A model generated the notes under the pieces. That model saw only the letters and a list, made by a program, of their open reading frames with translations, did not search any database and was not told the origin of the DNA. Both the position numbers and the translations under genes were made by a program. From NCBI GenBank assembly GCA_964586235.1, contig CAZPIO010000004.1, positions 8,402 through 72,401 on the forward strand: DNA of 64,000 nt. The letters are read 5' to 3'. Shown here in pieces: positions 53,978 to 62,922 of the stretch. Position 1 is the first letter of the stretch. Each line of letters opens with the position of its first letter. This DNA is from an uncultured Planctomycetales bacterium. GTDB lineage: Bacteria; Planctomycetota; Phycisphaerae; UBA1845; PWPN01.

Positions 53978-55078
53978 ATGAAACGATGGATCTACGTTGG
54001 GCTTGTTGTCTGGTCGCTGACGGGGCCGACGGATGCTGCTCTGCCGCCGATGGGCACCTCGGCCAAAATCCTCAAGCCCACTTTCTTCCCGGGTTGGCAA
54101 TGTCACAACGTTTGTTACCCCTTCGTGATCCCGGAACCGGGCACCGGCAGGTACCGGATGTACTACGCCGGGTCGGCGACGGAGCAGATCAACGACTCCT
54201 TCGCGGATCAGTGGGTGACCGGCTACGTTACCTCCGCTGCGGACACGACGGCCTGGACTTATCCGATCAACTATGAGCAGGTGCTGTTCGCGCGCCGGTT
54301 CATGGAAGGCGACGTTGTTGATCGCGACGAGACGGCGAGTGTCTTCGACTCGATCTATGCCATTGGCGCGTGCTTGATGGTCGAGGGCTCGACCTGGAAG
54401 GTCTGGTACACCGGCTGGAACGGCCAGACCGAGCCGACTGGTCCGGGCACCTGCAAGAAGATCAACTTCCGCATCGGCTACGCCACCTCACCGGACGGCA
54501 TCCGCTGGACCAAGGTTGCCGACTCAGCCGGTGCCGGGGCGGTCCTTGGTCTTGGTCAGGCAGGCGAAGCGGATTCCAAGGGCGCGGCCCATCCACACGT
54601 AATGAAAATCAGCGGCGCCTACCGCATGTGGTACGAGGGCTACGACGGGACCACCTGGCGGCTGATGGCCGCCACCTCATCGGACGGCCAGGCCTGGACT
54701 AAACAGGGCGTGGTACTCAACCCTGGTGGTGCCGGCAGCCTGGATGAGCGCGGCCTGCGCAACCCGCTGGTACTGAGCAGAAAAGGCTCGTATGAGCTCT
54801 GGTATCAGGGCCAGAGCGCCGCCGCTCCCAACTATCACGTGCTGCGAGCCACCAGCCCGGATGCTTCGACCTGGACCAAGGCGACCGGCGAGGTCACACT
54901 CCACCCGGACACCGCGCTGACCGGCGACGAGAGCATCCTGGTGGACAGCGCCATCGTCCAGCCCGACGGCAAGGTGCAGGTCTTCTTCGCCAAGCAGACC
55001 ACCAGCTCCAGAACCGCCACGTACGGAACGCTCACCCGGAGGAGCTACTGCATCTACACCGAGGTGGTGAACCCATGA
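53978..55078 (+). CDS. Secreted five-bladed beta-propeller glycosidase-like protein (GH43/32/130-like)
   Basis: Repeated blades YRMYYAG, WKVWYTG, IGYATSPDGIRWTK, HPHVMK-YRMWYEG, ATSSDGQAWTK and YELWYQG. AAGGAG RBS. Confidence 0.75.
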   Translation: MKRWIYVGLVVWSLTGPTDAALPPMGTSAKILKPTFFPGWQCHNVCYPFVIPEPGTGRYRMYYAGSATEQINDSFADQWVTGYVTSAADTTAWTYPINYEQVLFARRFMEGDVVDRDETASVFDSIYAIGACLMVEGSTWKVWYTGWNGQTEPTGPGTCKKINFRIGYATSPDGIRWTKVADSAGAGAVLGLGQAGEADSKGAAHPHVMKISGAYRMWYEGYDGTTWRLMAATSSDGQAWTKQGVVLNPGGAGSLDERGLRNPLVLSRKGSYELWYQGQSAAAPNYHVLRATSPDASTWTKATGEVTLHPDTALTGDESILVDSAIVQPDGKVQVFFAKQTTSSRTATYGTLTRRSYCIYTEVVNP

Positions 55079-57705
55079 ATATGCGGACACCATCTCAGCA
55101 GCATTCGCGAGGGGGGTTCTACATTGCAGCGATCCTCGTCGCGACACCATGCCTGATCCCGGCCGCGTCCCTCCACGCGGTCACGCCGTCCTGGACGTCC
55201 CCCGACCGCTATCGCATCCTCCTGACCGTGGATCCTCGCGGGCAGAATCGATCCAACTCGCCGGCCTCCGTTACCGTTGATTTCGCCCAGGCACTGGTCG
55301 CCAGAGGAGTCACCGGCACTTTCGACAAGGATACTGTGGAAGTCATCGCCTACGACGCCGCAGGCAACCCGGTGACCTTTGACGCCACGCGGCCCGGATA
55401 TGAGCAGTACCTGTTGCCCTGGCGGATCGACGCGGCCTACGGAATCAACCAGGTTGCCCTGAGCTTCGTCGTGCCCGACGAAGCTCATACGCAGTACGCG
55501 GTCTACTTCGACACGGCGCAATCCGGGCTCGGCCGGCCGGATCGATATCCCGGCATCGTCGGTGACGGCGATCGCTTCATCGAAGGCTATAAGCGCCGCG
55601 AAATCAATGCCAGCGGCTACGACACGTTCTGTGATGTCGACGGCGACGGCGATCTCGATCTGTTCAAGGGTGGCACCGAGCCCTATGTCTACGTCTACGA
55701 AAACGTGGGCGGCGACCGCATGGTCGAGCGCGGCCGTCTCACCTCCGGCGGAAGCGTGCTTCAATTCCCCATGGACGGCAACCACCGCAGTTGGAATTCC
55801 ATCGAGCTCTACGACTGGGACGGTGACGGCGATCAGGACATGTTCATCCATTCGCCGACCGGCCCTTACGCCGGCAGGGTCATTTGTTTCGAGAACACCA
55901 CTCTGGCCGGCGGGCTGCTGACTTTTGCCAGTCCCGTCATCGTGCTGACGCAATCGGGCAGGAGCCTCGGCACGCCGGTCCGGTTCGCGGACTTTGACGG
56001 CGATGGCAAGACCGACGTGATCGGTTCGCTGGACGGGCTGGTCGTCTTCTACAAGAACATCGGATCGAGCAGCAGCATCTCGAGCATCCAGTTGGCTGAC
56101 GGTGTCTACATCAAGGCCAACGGAATCGAGATCGAGGTCATGTCGGCCCAGGTCGAGTGCAAGGACATGGACAGCGACGGTGATCTGGACATGTTCGTCG
56201 GCACCGAGGAGGGGCGGGTCTACTACTTCGAGAACGTGGGCACGCGAACGCAACCGGTGTTCACCCTGGGCCAGCTAGCCGCGTTCTATGAGTTCATGGA
56301 CCAGCGGGTCGGCGTGCGGGTATTTGACTTCGACGGCGACGGGTTGCTGGACTTCGTGCCCGGCCGTTACTGGGAGCGCACCCAGTGGGGCGAGCAGCCG
56401 CGGGTTTACGGCCGGCTGTACAAGAACGTCGGAACGCCTACGGCTCCGCGATTCGAGGTCCGCGATGCCGACAACGGCGCCCCGTACACCGAGCGGTTCC
56501 AGATCGCCGACGCTGTTCGGCAGAACGGCGTCCGGGCGGTCGACTGGAACAACGACGGCAGGACCGACCTAATCGCCGGCGACACCGACGGCTTCGTATG
56601 GTACTTCCAGAATACCACCAACCAGCTCTTTCCCGTCTTTGCCGCCGGCGTCAAGCTCCAGGCCGACGGCCAGCCGCTGCGGGTCTACGGCGAGGACGGC
56701 TGGTACGACTCCGATAGCGGTACATTCGTCTGGCTGAACCGCGCCGCCGGTTACGCCCGAGTGGAGATCTGCGACTGGAACAATGACGGCCGAAAAGATC
56801 TTCTCGTCGCTGACGGCCGGGCCTGGCTCTGGCTCTATTTGAACACCGGCACCGATGCCGACCCCGTGCTGGCCGCCGGCACGCGGGTGAACGCCAACGA
56901 CAAGCCTATCGACGGGACCGCCCGCGGCAGCGTCCTGGTTTGCGACTGGAACGGCGACGGCAAGAAAGACGTCATCTTTGGCATGGCCTCCAACGAGAAC
57001 GCCTACAGCGAATACCACGATTGGCCCGACCGGGCCGATCAGCCCGGCAAATGGTGGATGCACGGTGGTTTCCTCTTCTACGAGAATACCGGCAGCGATG
57101 CCAGCCCGGTTCTGGCCGCCCCTGCCTGGATCAAGTTCAGCTCGGGCACGGTGATTACCTACAGCCGGCCCAACCTCGGCGACTTCGTCGACTGGGACGG
57201 CGACGGCAGGAAGGACTTCATCGGCTGCGAATTCGAGAACAGCGCTCGCATGTACCGCAACACCGGCACAAACGCCGCTCCCAGCTTCTCAGGATCGGAT
57301 GGCGTTCACATCGTTCAGCCCTACACGGTGCAAATGATGTCCGGGACCGACGCCATCGACTGGAACCAGGACGGTGACATCGACATTCTTACCGGCCAGG
57401 GACACGGCGGCAGCGGCCTGCGATTCTACGAGCGGGATTACATCAACGATTCTGTCAATAACACCTTCCCCGTCGTGACCGTCGGCCAGATCGAGACCCA
57501 GCCCACGGATGCCGATCTCGACGACGATAGCGACGTGGATCAGGCGGACTTTGGCGAGCTTCAGGAATGCATCAGCGGCAGGGGGGTTCCCTACGGCCCA
57601 GGATGTGCCGACGCTGACCTGGACGTGGATGGCGACGTGGATGAGTCCGACATTGCCGTGCTTCTGGACTGCATGGCGGGCTCCGATCAGCCTCCGGGCT
57701 GCTGA
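55075..57705 (+). CDS. Secreted FG-GAP repeat protein with C-terminal dockerin-like module
   Basis: Collinear with 25821-28157 (WTSPxxYRI, SPASV, R[YF]WERT, FQIxDAV, GQGHGGSGLRF[YF]ERD), plus DADLDDDSDVDQADF...ADLDVDGDVDESD at 57508-57702. Confidence 0.9.
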   Translation: MNMRTPSQQHSRGGFYIAAILVATPCLIPAASLHAVTPSWTSPDRYRILLTVDPRGQNRSNSPASVTVDFAQALVARGVTGTFDKDTVEVIAYDAAGNPVTFDATRPGYEQYLLPWRIDAAYGINQVALSFVVPDEAHTQYAVYFDTAQSGLGRPDRYPGIVGDGDRFIEGYKRREINASGYDTFCDVDGDGDLDLFKGGTEPYVYVYENVGGDRMVERGRLTSGGSVLQFPMDGNHRSWNSIELYDWDGDGDQDMFIHSPTGPYAGRVICFENTTLAGGLLTFASPVIVLTQSGRSLGTPVRFADFDGDGKTDVIGSLDGLVVFYKNIGSSSSISSIQLADGVYIKANGIEIEVMSAQVECKDMDSDGDLDMFVGTEEGRVYYFENVGTRTQPVFTLGQLAAFYEFMDQRVGVRVFDFDGDGLLDFVPGRYWERTQWGEQPRVYGRLYKNVGTPTAPRFEVRDADNGAPYTERFQIADAVRQNGVRAVDWNNDGRTDLIAGDTDGFVWYFQNTTNQLFPVFAAGVKLQADGQPLRVYGEDGWYDSDSGTFVWLNRAAGYARVEICDWNNDGRKDLLVADGRAWLWLYLNTGTDADPVLAAGTRVNANDKPIDGTARGSVLVCDWNGDGKKDVIFGMASNENAYSEYHDWPDRADQPGKWWMHGGFLFYENTGSDASPVLAAPAWIKFSSGTVITYSRPNLGDFVDWDGDGRKDFIGCEFENSARMYRNTGTNAAPSFSGSDGVHIVQPYTVQMMSGTDAIDWNQDGDIDILTGQGHGGSGLRFYERDYINDSVNNTFPVVTVGQIETQPTDADLDDDSDVDQADFGELQECISGRGVPYGPGCADADLDVDGDVDESDIAVLLDCMAGSDQPPGC

Positions 57706-57721
57706 GGGAAAGGACGGATTG

Positions 57722-60700
57722 ATGAGACGGTTGCGGCTGGCAGTGATGTGTATTGGTCTTATCGGCGGTGCGTTGGCAGCGGAGCGGCCCGCGCCGGCTG
57801 GATTGGTTCTGGACGATCCCTTGTCCGCGACGCCGCCTCCCTCGCCGCCCAATCCGGTACGGCTTGGCTCGGGCGGTGAGTTCGTCTCCGGCGGGTGGAA
57901 AGTCACCGGTAAGAACGACCACATCCTCTGGCATCTGCCCACCCTGACCGGCGGGGCGGTCGAATTCGACGTCACCGGGATTAACGCCGACGAATGCCGT
58001 GCGGGGATGCAGGATCATTCCGAGATCTTCCACATGTATGATTACACGTGGGGCAACTCGGATACGGTCTACAACGGCGGATACCGGGACAACCCGTACA
58101 AGTGTTTCCTCCGCAAGACCGGGGCGGGTTACTGGGCGGGCGACCCTGCCGTTTTCGTCGATTGCCGCGGCAACGCCAAGACCGACTCGATGGAGATCCT
58201 GTGGAAGATCTGTCCGGACAACGACTCCTCATGTCAGAGCAATTATCTCGAGAGTGACACCGCTATCCTGACCTGGAGCCCGGCCGTCACTTACCATTTC
58301 CGCCTGGAATGGGAGTCCAACGGCTCGACCACGACGCTCAGGACCTACCGCGACGGCGTCCTGATCATGACCCAGACGCTGTCCGGCACCTACTCGCCGG
58401 CCGGCCAAAGCACCCGCATCGGAGCCAGCAATCGCGGCGACACGTATGCGGGTGCGCCGATCGACGCCGTTTTCAGTAACGTCAAGGTCTACGATTCGCA
58501 GACCGGCGAGCCCGGCGTCCCCACGATCATCAGACCCGCCGGCGGTGCGACCATCAACACGACGACGGCCTTCGTCGAGTGGACCGGCGACCCGCAATCA
58601 CAGTTCCAGGTCCGGGTGAATACGTCCGATCAGCCGGACACGGGCGTGGCCTGGGATTCCGGATTGGTTACCTCCAGCCAGCGGTTCACCTGGACCGGCA
58701 GTCTGCTGAACAATGTGACCTACTATGTGTTTGTCCGGTTGGCCAATGGCGGTGAGCCCGGCCCGTGGAGCGCCGGCGGCCGAAGCTTTACGGTCAATAC
58801 CGCCTATGTCCCGCCCGGCGCGAGCGTCGTGCAGCTCTGGGGGAACTCGGTGGTGGACAATACCGGGCCGATTCACGGCCTCGGCGCGACCTACATGTCC
58901 GCCCTGCGCCGCTGCAAGTACGACCGCACGCGGTTCCAGAGCGATCTGGCCTTCCTGGCGTCCAACGGTATCAGATACATTCGCGTGCTGTCCATGGTGG
59001 GCTGGTATTCGGCCTGGCAGGGCAAGGAGATCGCCCCGGTCAGCTTCACCAGCCAGAACGGAACCTACGTCCCCGCCTGGCCGGATTACTGGCAGCAGTT
59101 CCGCGACATGATCGACATTGCCTATGACACGTACGGGATACGCATCGAGCTGACCATCTTTGCCGACGCCCAGCTCATGCCCACCAAAACCGCACGCATC
59201 GCCCACATGCAGACCATCCTGGACAATCTCCAGGGCCGGGTCGACCAGGTCAACCGCGAGCACAAGATCATGCACCTGGAGGTGGCCAACGAGGCCTGGC
59301 AGAACGGGTTCCCGGACAGCCAGGGCATAGCCGACCTGCGCGAGTTCTGCCAGTACTTGACGGACCGTACCAGCCTGCTGGTAGCCATCACCGACTCGCA
59401 GGGCGAAGGCAGCGCCACCGAGCAGCTTTACAGCGGCAGCACCGCCGACCTTGCCACCGAACACTTCAGCCGCGATATCGGAACCGTCGAGGGCGGCTGG
59501 CTGCCGGTGCGCGACCCCTGGGACTTCGAGCTGCTCAACGGCGTGCCGACGGGCAGCAACAACGAGCCTATCGGGCCCGGTTCGTCCGTCGCCCAGGAGC
59601 GCGACCCCATCAAGCTGGTCATGTGCGCGGCGTTTACCTGGGGGGCCAACCTGCCCTTGTACGTGTTCCACTCCGAGGCCGGCGTGTTCGGCAACACCAC
59701 CTTCGAGAGCAACCCGGGCATCCGCGACTATGTCCACATTCTCAATATCATCCCGCCTGACATGGTCAGTTGGGTGCGTAACGACGGCAAGGAAGCCGGC
59801 GCCGCGTTTACCACGTACTGCAACGGCCAGGCCAACAAGTGGTGGCCCGAGGTCAGCGGGGCCAGCAGCGGCGTGGTCCGCAACACCGGCAAGATCAAGG
59901 GCGGCGAGTTCCTCACCTTCCCGATTGGAATCCTCACCGGCGGCGTCGAGCTCGAGGCCCGCAGGCCCATGAGTTTCCAGGTCTACAACCCGTTGACCGG
60001 CGAGGTGGCCTACAACCTCACCAAGAACACCGGAGATCGCTTCACTCTTGCCCAGGGGTCGGGCGCATACGTCATCAAAGGCGTCTTCACCGACGTGGTG
60101 AATCCTTTCAACGATGCGACCATCGACCTGGGCTCGCCCGATGTGTCCAACGGGCTTGTCCTGACCACCAACGACGACGGCCACACCACGCCCGTGACCA
60201 TCGGCGGCCGGAGCTGCCGCCAGAACACCAACCCCGCGGCCGGCGACTACTACTTCTACTTCAATGTGAACGACGCGTTCGCCTTCCAGGGCAGCAAGCC
60301 GGACGTCTACATCATCCTCGAATACTACGATGCGGGCACGAGCACGATCACACTGGAATACGACTCGAGTACCGGCCCTGCACCGGATGCCTATTACCGC
60401 AACGGCGGCAGTGTGACCCTGGCCGACACGAACACCTGGAAGTTCAAGACCTTCCATGTGACCGACGCTTACTTCGGCAACCGCCAGAACGCCGACGCCG
60501 ACCTCCGCTTCGGTGATGTCGGCAATGTGTTCTACCTTGACACCGTGCGGATCACGACCGAGCCGCCGGTGGCACCGGTGATCGACGAGGTGACACCCGA
60601 TCCGGAGATCGCTCGGCCAGATACCGCATACACGCGGCAGTTGCTGCTGTCGCAGGGAAGCCCTGTGCCGGACTGGTCGGTGGTGCAGGGACCGGAGGGC

Positions 60701-61033
60701 GCTCAGGTCAGCCCAACGGGCCTGGTGAGCGGGTGGACCCCCGGTCTCACTGATTTCGGCTCCTTTGTTTTCGAGATCGAAGCGACCAATTCGGAGGGAT
60801 CGGACACAGAGGCCTGGGTCGTTCAGGTGGTGTCGTGGTCCGACCTTGACCTCGACGGTGACGTGGATCAGGCCGATTTCGGCCTCTTCCAGAAATGCCT
60901 CTCCGGCGACGGCCTGGGCTACGTCGACGGATGCGAGAACGCCGATCTGCAGGAGGATGGGGATGTCGATGCCTTGGATTTTCAGATCCTCCAATCCTGC
61001 ATGAACGGAGCCGACCGGCCCCCGCGGTGCTGA
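57722..61033 (+). CDS. Secreted multimodular protein paralogous to 50566-53946: GH-A-like barrel, CBM-like module, Ig/cadherin-like domain, dockerin-like module
   Basis: The ATG at 57722 has an AAAGGA RBS. Motifs HLEVANEAW, ATEHFSRD and SNNEPIGPGSS; YFYFNV...WKFKTFHVTDAYFGNRQN module; dockerin-like module at 60842-61030. Confidence 0.8.
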   Translation: MRRLRLAVMCIGLIGGALAAERPAPAGLVLDDPLSATPPPSPPNPVRLGSGGEFVSGGWKVTGKNDHILWHLPTLTGGAVEFDVTGINADECRAGMQDHSEIFHMYDYTWGNSDTVYNGGYRDNPYKCFLRKTGAGYWAGDPAVFVDCRGNAKTDSMEILWKICPDNDSSCQSNYLESDTAILTWSPAVTYHFRLEWESNGSTTTLRTYRDGVLIMTQTLSGTYSPAGQSTRIGASNRGDTYAGAPIDAVFSNVKVYDSQTGEPGVPTIIRPAGGATINTTTAFVEWTGDPQSQFQVRVNTSDQPDTGVAWDSGLVTSSQRFTWTGSLLNNVTYYVFVRLANGGEPGPWSAGGRSFTVNTAYVPPGASVVQLWGNSVVDNTGPIHGLGATYMSALRRCKYDRTRFQSDLAFLASNGIRYIRVLSMVGWYSAWQGKEIAPVSFTSQNGTYVPAWPDYWQQFRDMIDIAYDTYGIRIELTIFADAQLMPTKTARIAHMQTILDNLQGRVDQVNREHKIMHLEVANEAWQNGFPDSQGIADLREFCQYLTDRTSLLVAITDSQGEGSATEQLYSGSTADLATEHFSRDIGTVEGGWLPVRDPWDFELLNGVPTGSNNEPIGPGSSVAQERDPIKLVMCAAFTWGANLPLYVFHSEAGVFGNTTFESNPGIRDYVHILNIIPPDMVSWVRNDGKEAGAAFTTYCNGQANKWWPEVSGASSGVVRNTGKIKGGEFLTFPIGILTGGVELEARRPMSFQVYNPLTGEVAYNLTKNTGDRFTLAQGSGAYVIKGVFTDVVNPFNDATIDLGSPDVSNGLVLTTNDDGHTTPVTIGGRSCRQNTNPAAGDYYFYFNVNDAFAFQGSKPDVYIILEYYDAGTSTITLEYDSSTGPAPDAYYRNGGSVTLADTNTWKFKTFHVTDAYFGNRQNADADLRFGDVGNVFYLDTVRITTEPPVAPVIDEVTPDPEIARPDTAYTRQLLLSQGSPVPDWSVVQGPEGAQVSPTGLVSGWTPGLTDFGSFVFEIEATNSEGSDTEAWVVQVVSWSDLDLDGDVDQADFGLFQKCLSGDGLGYVDGCENADLQEDGDVDALDFQILQSCMNGADRPPRC

Positions 61034-61139
61034 ACATGGCAGACGAAGCGATGAATCAACCGCGTTCCAGACCGGCTGGCCTTGCCGGAGTCGACGTCAC
61101 GCTGCGGGCGATCGCGATCGCAATCAGAGGGCCAACGAA

Positions 61140-62909
61140 ATGAACAGACACGCCATCACGGTCTGGGCCCTGAGGATTCTCGCTGCGGGCATGGCGCACA
61201 CGCCCTTCGTGGTGAGCGCGCAGTCCACCGCCGGCGAGTTCCTTAACGAACCGTACAACGTGGGCGATGAACTGGCGAGTGACCAATGGCCACATCACAT
61301 CTGCTACAACCCCGACCGCAACGAATACCTGGTGGTCTTCAATGACAGGAGGGCCGACCCTCGCTGGATCATCTCCTACTATATCCTCGACGGAGAGGGA
61401 AGAAAGCAGACATCCAGGCCCCTGGGCAGCATCACCGATGATCCACTCGTCGGAAGCCACTACGGTGCCGCTACGTACGACCCCGGCAGCCAGGAGTACC
61501 TCATCGCCTACAGCGGCTGGCTGGGCACACCCCGTGTTGACGAACACGATCAGCTTCGTTCGCACAGAGTCAATGCCGACGGGAATCTGGTCGGAAGCAG
61601 CAACCTGATCCACGACGGCCAAGGCGGCATAGGCAACCCGCTGCGAGGCATCCAGATGGCCTATTCGCCGACCAGCGACGTACACCTCGTTGCCTGGAAG
61701 GACGACAAGGCGACAGGCTGTGAGGTCTATGCAACGCTCCTGGGCGGAACCACCGGCGTCCGAGTCAGCGCCCTCTTCAATCTCAGCCAAGGTGACCCCC
61801 GGTATTCCGATTGGCCGGTGGTGGCGTGGAATTCTGCGCGCGACGAGTTTCTCGTGGTCTACCAGGTCAGTTGCGAAGATGTCAACCAGGGATGGAACCT
61901 CTACGGGAGGCGAATTCACGCGGGCAATCAGATCATGAGCGGGCGTTTCCAGATAACCGACCGGCCAGGATGGGAGTGCGATGGCAACCTTGCCTACGAC
62001 GCCGATCTGGACCGCTACCTGCTGGCCTACGAAGATACGAGCGCCGGGCAGTGGGTCTGGGGGCAGTTCCTCACGCCGGACGGTGAGCCATCCGGCCCGC
62101 GCTTCGACCTGCTCGCTCCGCCCTACATCGGCCGCGGGGCATGGCTTACCTGGCACCCGATCACGCGGGACTTCCTGCTCGGCTGTATTCACCAGGAGAG
62201 CTTCGCCAATATCGGCCGGCGGATCTCTCAGGTCGGCGTGCCGTTAGGCGATCCTTTCGTTGTTACCGGCGCCATCAGTATCTTGCCGGGGAACTTCGAC
62301 CCGTTCCCGATTGCCAACACTCTCACTAACGACTACCTCTACGCCTGGTGCAGCGGCTACAAGGACGTCTATTCACGGCGATATAAAACGTTGCCTAGGT
62401 CTGACGTGACCCCGCCGGTCCCGGTCACTCAGTTCACGGCCACTGCCGGTCACGGACAGAACACTCTGAGTTGGACCAATTCGACCAGCGCCGATTCCCT
62501 GGGCACCATCATCCGCTGCAAGACGACCGGTTACCCGACCGATGCTCATGACGGATTGCCCGTGACGATCCGGCCCAAGTCGCCCGGTGCCAGCGACACC
62601 TTCGTACACGCCGGGCTCGTCCGGGCGAACACGTACTATTACGCCGCCTTTGCCTACGACGCGATTCCCAATCACGCGTCCGCGGCCCAGGTCAGCGCCC
62701 GGCCGCTGGCCCCGGCGGATTTCGACAGTGACGACGACGTGGATCAGCAGGACTTCGGGCATCTGCAGAGATGCTTTGGCGGCTCCGGCCAGCCAATTGC
62801 GGCCGGCTGTGAAGATGCCGACCTCGACGACGAGGGCGACGTCGATGCCGATGACATGGACGTTTTCATCGGTTGCATGAGTGGGGCGGACCGGCCCCCG
62901 GAATGCTGA
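61140..62909 (+). CDS. Secreted 7-repeat beta-propeller plus FN3 plus dockerin-like module
   Basis: Seven repeats (YNPDRNEYLVVF, YDPGSQEYLIAY, YSPTSDVHLVAW, WNSARDEFLVVY, YDADLDRYLLAY, WHPITRDFLL, NTLTNDYLYAW), FN3 DVTPPVPV...YYAAFAYD, and a dockerin-like module at 62715-62906. Confidence 0.82.
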   Translation: MNRHAITVWALRILAAGMAHTPFVVSAQSTAGEFLNEPYNVGDELASDQWPHHICYNPDRNEYLVVFNDRRADPRWIISYYILDGEGRKQTSRPLGSITDDPLVGSHYGAATYDPGSQEYLIAYSGWLGTPRVDEHDQLRSHRVNADGNLVGSSNLIHDGQGGIGNPLRGIQMAYSPTSDVHLVAWKDDKATGCEVYATLLGGTTGVRVSALFNLSQGDPRYSDWPVVAWNSARDEFLVVYQVSCEDVNQGWNLYGRRIHAGNQIMSGRFQITDRPGWECDGNLAYDADLDRYLLAYEDTSAGQWVWGQFLTPDGEPSGPRFDLLAPPYIGRGAWLTWHPITRDFLLGCIHQESFANIGRRISQVGVPLGDPFVVTGAISILPGNFDPFPIANTLTNDYLYAWCSGYKDVYSRRYKTLPRSDVTPPVPVTQFTATAGHGQNTLSWTNSTSADSLGTIIRCKTTGYPTDAHDGLPVTIRPKSPGASDTFVHAGLVRANTYYYAAFAYDAIPNHASAAQVSARPLAPADFDSDDDVDQQDFGHLQRCFGGSGQPIAAGCEDADLDDEGDVDADDMDVFIGCMSGADRPPEC

Positions 62910-62922
62910 AAAGAGTGTTCGA

